The notes below the pieces were generated by a model. That model made no database searches. It saw nothing but the letters and a program-made list of their open reading frames with translations, and was not told where the DNA came from. The translations under genes and the position numbers were made by a program. Shown here piece after piece: positions 61,091 to 64,000 of a DNA stretch of 64,000 bases. The DNA is taken from assembly GCA_020891255.1 (NCBI GenBank), contig BQFW01000014.1:1240001-1304000 (forward strand). Reading direction: 5' to 3'. The DNA comes from Entomortierella parvispora E1425. Its lineage: Eukaryota; Fungi; Mortierellomycota. Numbering within the stretch: the first letter of the stretch is position 1; the number at the start of each line of letters is the position of its first letter.

Positions 61091-62404
61091 ATGAAGGCAG
61101 AACGCACTGATCCTTCTCATCCTCCCACCATCATGAACCACCTCGACGACAGGAATCAAGGGAATCTGGACCACTTTGATCTCAACCAAGGAATTAGGAA
61201 CACATCAAACGATACATCGCTGTCCAACATTGATTCTGGGGTCCATGCAGACGAGGCAAATGAGGGGACAGGAAATATGCCGGACGTAGCTGACGGCCTT
61301 CTTGCAATGGAAATTGAAGCCTCCACCGACATTATGAGCGTACCCATGGATAAACAGAGGAAATCCAAGCCATCATTTCGCGGGTTCCAGAGGAACGACA
61401 GGTTGCAGATAGAGCTTCTCAAGGTGTTGGAGGTTGTGAGGCCATTTGCGGCTGGCTATGGCAAGACAGAAGAGGCTTGGGGGTTGGTCGTTGTGCAGCT
61501 TCATCGCTATGATGACGATCAAGAGAAGGCAGGACAACCAAGAGTTTTTGAGGGCGTCACAACACGGACTTGTAGGGAGAACTGGAATGCCCTGTCCAAA
61601 GCCTATCAAGAATATGAACGTCGACGCAAGACGGGTACAGGAATCAACCCTGAGCTCACTGAGGTCCTAAAGTACAGCAAATCTGTATATGAGCATGAGC
61701 TTGCAGCTCGAGAGGCAAACTCGCAACGGAGCAATCAAAGGATGTTGGCAAGGGAACGCGTGGAAACCAATAAGGCGAATGGCTTAGAACTCTTGGAACG
61801 GTCTCGAGCTGGACCTCGGTATGCCCTGTCTTCAACATCAACCCCGAACTCGTCTCGATCTGCGTCCCCAAGCTCATCTCGATCCGGAACACCAACGCCA
61901 ACAACACCACGGCAACGACCACTGGATGTCATACTTAATGAACTGGAGTCAGACATACAGGATAATTCTTCGCCTTCGCCTACACAATCTGGTCGAATTT
62001 CATCTGGAACAGAGTCAGAGTCAAGTACTGCATCGCACCAGCCACGAACGCCTGCTCTGAAGAGAAAAACTGCTCAAGCCCAGTTGGTTTTGAACATGCA
62101 AGCTGCAATGGCAAATGGAGCGAAACAAGCAGAAATGCAGGAGCAACACTTCAAATTACAGGAGCAGCATCTCAATGAATGGAAGGAAGATCGTATCGAA
62201 AAAAGGAGGAGATTCCAGGAAAAGATGGAAGCGGAAGAAAGGCGACATCTTGCCCAGAGTGCTCAACAAGCTGAACTTTCCGCCTTTTTGAAGAATCAGT
62301 CGGAAGCGACCAAGATTCAGGCGGAGGCTGCAGCTAAGACGGCAGAGGCCCTCATGCTGCAAGCTAAGGCCTTCGCTGAAATGATGGCATCCTTCAAAAA
62401 ATGA
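61091..62404 (+). CDS. Harbinger Myb/SANT-like (trihelix) DNA-binding protein
   Basis: FQRNDRLQIELLKVLEVVRPFAAGYGKTEEAWGLVVVQL..TTRTCRENWNAL followed by a coiled-coil C-terminus; start may be 61091 or a later ATG. Confidence 0.82.
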   Translation: MKAERTDPSHPPTIMNHLDDRNQGNLDHFDLNQGIRNTSNDTSLSNIDSGVHADEANEGTGNMPDVADGLLAMEIEASTDIMSVPMDKQRKSKPSFRGFQRNDRLQIELLKVLEVVRPFAAGYGKTEEAWGLVVVQLHRYDDDQEKAGQPRVFEGVTTRTCRENWNALSKAYQEYERRRKTGTGINPELTEVLKYSKSVYEHELAAREANSQRSNQRMLARERVETNKANGLELLERSRAGPRYALSSTSTPNSSRSASPSSSRSGTPTPTTPRQRPLDVILNELESDIQDNSSPSPTQSGRISSGTESESSTASHQPRTPALKRKTAQAQLVLNMQAAMANGAKQAEMQEQHFKLQEQHLNEWKEDRIEKRRRFQEKMEAEERRHLAQSAQQAELSAFLKNQSEATKIQAEAAAKTAEALMLQAKAFAEMMASFKK

Positions 62405-62445
62405 CTTTGACATGCTACAGTTCTTCATTGTAATATAATTTTATC

Positions 62446-63669
62446 TCAAAATAAAACGTTTCTCATTGCTGCTGCACTAATGTACTCTTGTACTGTGGGA
62501 GGATTGATATTGAAATATGTGTTCACCTCTCCACCATTGTAGCATGTGTGGATATTGGAAAACAACGCTGCGAATCTATAGTGACCTTCGATCCATGTGG
62601 ACAGGAGTCGATGAGTCCGAGGAAAGTCAATTCCCATGAACTGTTGCGTGATGTGTTTGAAGGTCCACTCGATCGTGACACGTAGACTGGACATGACGCG
62701 GTTGAATGCGATCTGGTCTGGAGTCAGTCCGTTTCCTCGATAGCCGATCAAAACGTGGCCATTGGCGGTGTAGGCCGAGTCTCCATATATTGCAAGAGCG
62801 ACACCGTTCTGATCATACGCAAACTGATCCAGGACTTGCTGAAATCCTGTGCCATCGAATATAGTCATATCGTGGTTGGTTCCTGAGAAGGCTGAGCTGA
62901 GGTGCAAGAGAATTCCATCCGGAGCAACAATCCCTTGATACTTAACGCAATGATGGCACTTGTGTCCACTGTACATCGCCTGCTGATTAATAGTGGGCAT
63001 TTGTATCTCTCGAGCTGTTCCATCGACGAAAGCGAAGACGTTGTTGCACTGTCCTCCGCTGGCATGGTAACAAGCATCGGCATACTCGCTCAACTTCTCC
63101 CTGGTCAAGCGATGTTCGTCCCAATACAAAAGTCGATCCCACCGCAGCATCACCCATCGAACAATCTGATTTATCAGCCGAGATATCGAGGGAGCAGATC
63201 GTCTAAACATACGCTCCATGCGGTTAAGGCGTTCCGGGAATGACAAGCGATACATCGCCATACATAGAACTGTGAGTGAGTCGACTTTGTCCCTGGATGG
63301 CGTGACAATAAATGGAGGGATCCTTAGCAGACCTATTATCTCCTGTAGTTGCGCACACGTAAAGCGGAACTCTTGGATTGAATAGGTGTCTGAATAAGCC
63401 CGAACGTCGAACGAATGGTCCAGAGGAAAAGGTCGTATTGGTCGAGGAGCATCCTGTTCCTCTGCCTCGTCATCCTGCTCGTCCTCGTCCTCTTCTTGTT
63501 GGTTGAGGATAAAATCCGGATCTAGGAGGCGATACTCAATAGCTTGGTGCGCCAATCCCATTAACAGAGCAAGGTTATACATGTAGCTTGGGTGATTGGA
63601 CGACCTTCGGTGGCCACCAGTGGCAAGTCGGGTGGGTGGACATAGATGTCTCCATGTCGAACTCGACAT
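62446..63669 (-). CDS. Harbinger DDE transposase/nuclease (DDE_Tnp_4, HARBI1-like)
   Basis: FRFTCAQL, HTH region YRLSFPERL..FRRSAPSISR, FAFVDGT, YSGHKCHHCVKYQGIVAPDG, GTNHD, IYGDSAY, FNRVMSSLRVTIEWTF; intact 407-aa ORF. Confidence 0.93.
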   Translation of the reverse strand: MSSSTWRHLCPPTRLATGGHRRSSNHPSYMYNLALLMGLAHQAIEYRLLDPDFILNQQEEDEDEQDDEAEEQDAPRPIRPFPLDHSFDVRAYSDTYSIQEFRFTCAQLQEIIGLLRIPPFIVTPSRDKVDSLTVLCMAMYRLSFPERLNRMERMFRRSAPSISRLINQIVRWVMLRWDRLLYWDEHRLTREKLSEYADACYHASGGQCNNVFAFVDGTAREIQMPTINQQAMYSGHKCHHCVKYQGIVAPDGILLHLSSAFSGTNHDMTIFDGTGFQQVLDQFAYDQNGVALAIYGDSAYTANGHVLIGYRGNGLTPDQIAFNRVMSSLRVTIEWTFKHITQQFMGIDFPRTHRLLSTWIEGHYRFAALFSNIHTCYNGGEVNTYFNINPPTVQEYISAAAMRNVLF

Positions 63670-63792
63670 CAGAACGATCAGATCGAAATCGAAGTCACGA
63701 GATATTCTTAAGGGGAGAAGACCTCCATTTATGAGAAAAAACCTTTTTAATTAGAAACAAAATCAGGCTTCTAAGCCACACCCATGCCGTTC

Positions 63793-63827
63793 AATTGGGC
63801 GTGATTTTCGGGCTGCGAAAAACATCT
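63793..63827 (-). repeat. Harbinger right terminal inverted repeat
   Basis: AATTGGGCGTGATTTTCGGGCTGCGAAAAACATCT is the reverse complement of the left TIR with 3 mismatches. Confidence 0.93.
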
Positions 63828-63830
63828 AAT

Positions 63831-64000
63831 GGCTGACACGTCCCCTCGAATTTGAATGTCCGCCATCGATACTGCCAAAAGGCCTTTGCCCAGTTGCGCC
63901 GCCAACTAAAATTAGTCAAGGATCAAGAATTAGTGGGACTGTTATCATGGTTTTTGAACAACGGAAGCCATGGTGTGCATGTATTACGCACTTGTGCACA
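63831..64000 (-). CDS. Fanzor upstream segment: exon 63905-63831, intron 63991-63906, further exon(s) outside the window
   Basis: LAAQLGKGLLAVSMADIQIRGDVSA is in frame with the TSD codon ATT (Ile) and ENYLALNKHL at 60895. It is preceded by GACTAAT-TTTAG (branch and acceptor) and a GTGCGT donor at 63991. Confidence 0.75.

Larger units (their letters stand above)
60899..63827. mobile_element. Complete PIF/Harbinger DNA transposon (2,929 bp) inserted in the Fanzor gene
   Basis: 35-bp TIRs (60899-60933 and 63793-63827, 32/35 identical), 3-bp TSD AAT at 60896-60898 and 63828-63830, convergent Myb/SANT-like and DDE_Tnp_4 ORFs. Confidence 0.93.

Noticed and set aside
59164-63827. Fanzor as cargo of a composite Harbinger-Fanzor transposon
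   Set aside because: The TIRs and TSD enclose only 60899-63827, and Fanzor coding sequence lies on both sides in frame. This is a nested insertion, not capture.
59082-63851. 10-bp direct match CCCCTCGAAT at ~59082 and ~63842 as possible element ends
   Set aside because: The second copy lies inside the Fanzor coding exon and the match is short enough to be chance.
1-64000. CRISPR arrays, tRNA or rRNA genes
   Set aside because: No regularly spaced repeat-spacer arrays, cloverleaf A/B-box patterns or rRNA-like sequence were seen by eye; a tRNAscan/Infernal run would be needed to exclude them formally.

Overview
Gene-dense, intron-rich fungal chromosomal DNA. It is probably an early-diverging fungus such as Mortierellaceae (inferred from gene content, GT-AG introns of mostly 70-150 nt and the Fanzor type; not verifiable here). 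About 23 host genes are supported: ERV46 (3' end), RRP45, a GT17 glycosyltransferase, VMA5, a homeodomain/PNUTS-like PP1 regulator, a pallidin-like gene, TOM70, NDUFA5, GPR89/GPHR, GDA1, two related small secreted Gly/Tyr-rich proteins, FHIP, a DDX3/Vasa-like helicase, a MED29-like gene, a DHA2-type MFS transporter, a Zn2Cys6 transcription factor, an O-fucosyltransferase-family gene, a HAL/NPR-type kinase, NDUFB10, an orphan 1032-aa membrane protein and a His-rich CDF zinc transporter. The standout is the last 5 kb. A spliced Fanzor1-type (eukaryotic TnpB-like, RNA-guided RuvC) nuclease gene lies on the minus strand, with a candidate omegaRNA region at its 3' end. It is interrupted by a complete 2,929-bp PIF/Harbinger transposon (35-bp TIRs, AAT target-site duplication, intact Myb-like and DDE ORFs). 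Removing the Harbinger restores the Fanzor reading frame, which continues past the window edge. The second most unusual item is an atypical homeodomain that splices in frame onto a PNUTS/Ppn1-like protein. All family calls come from motif recognition by eye; no database searches were run.
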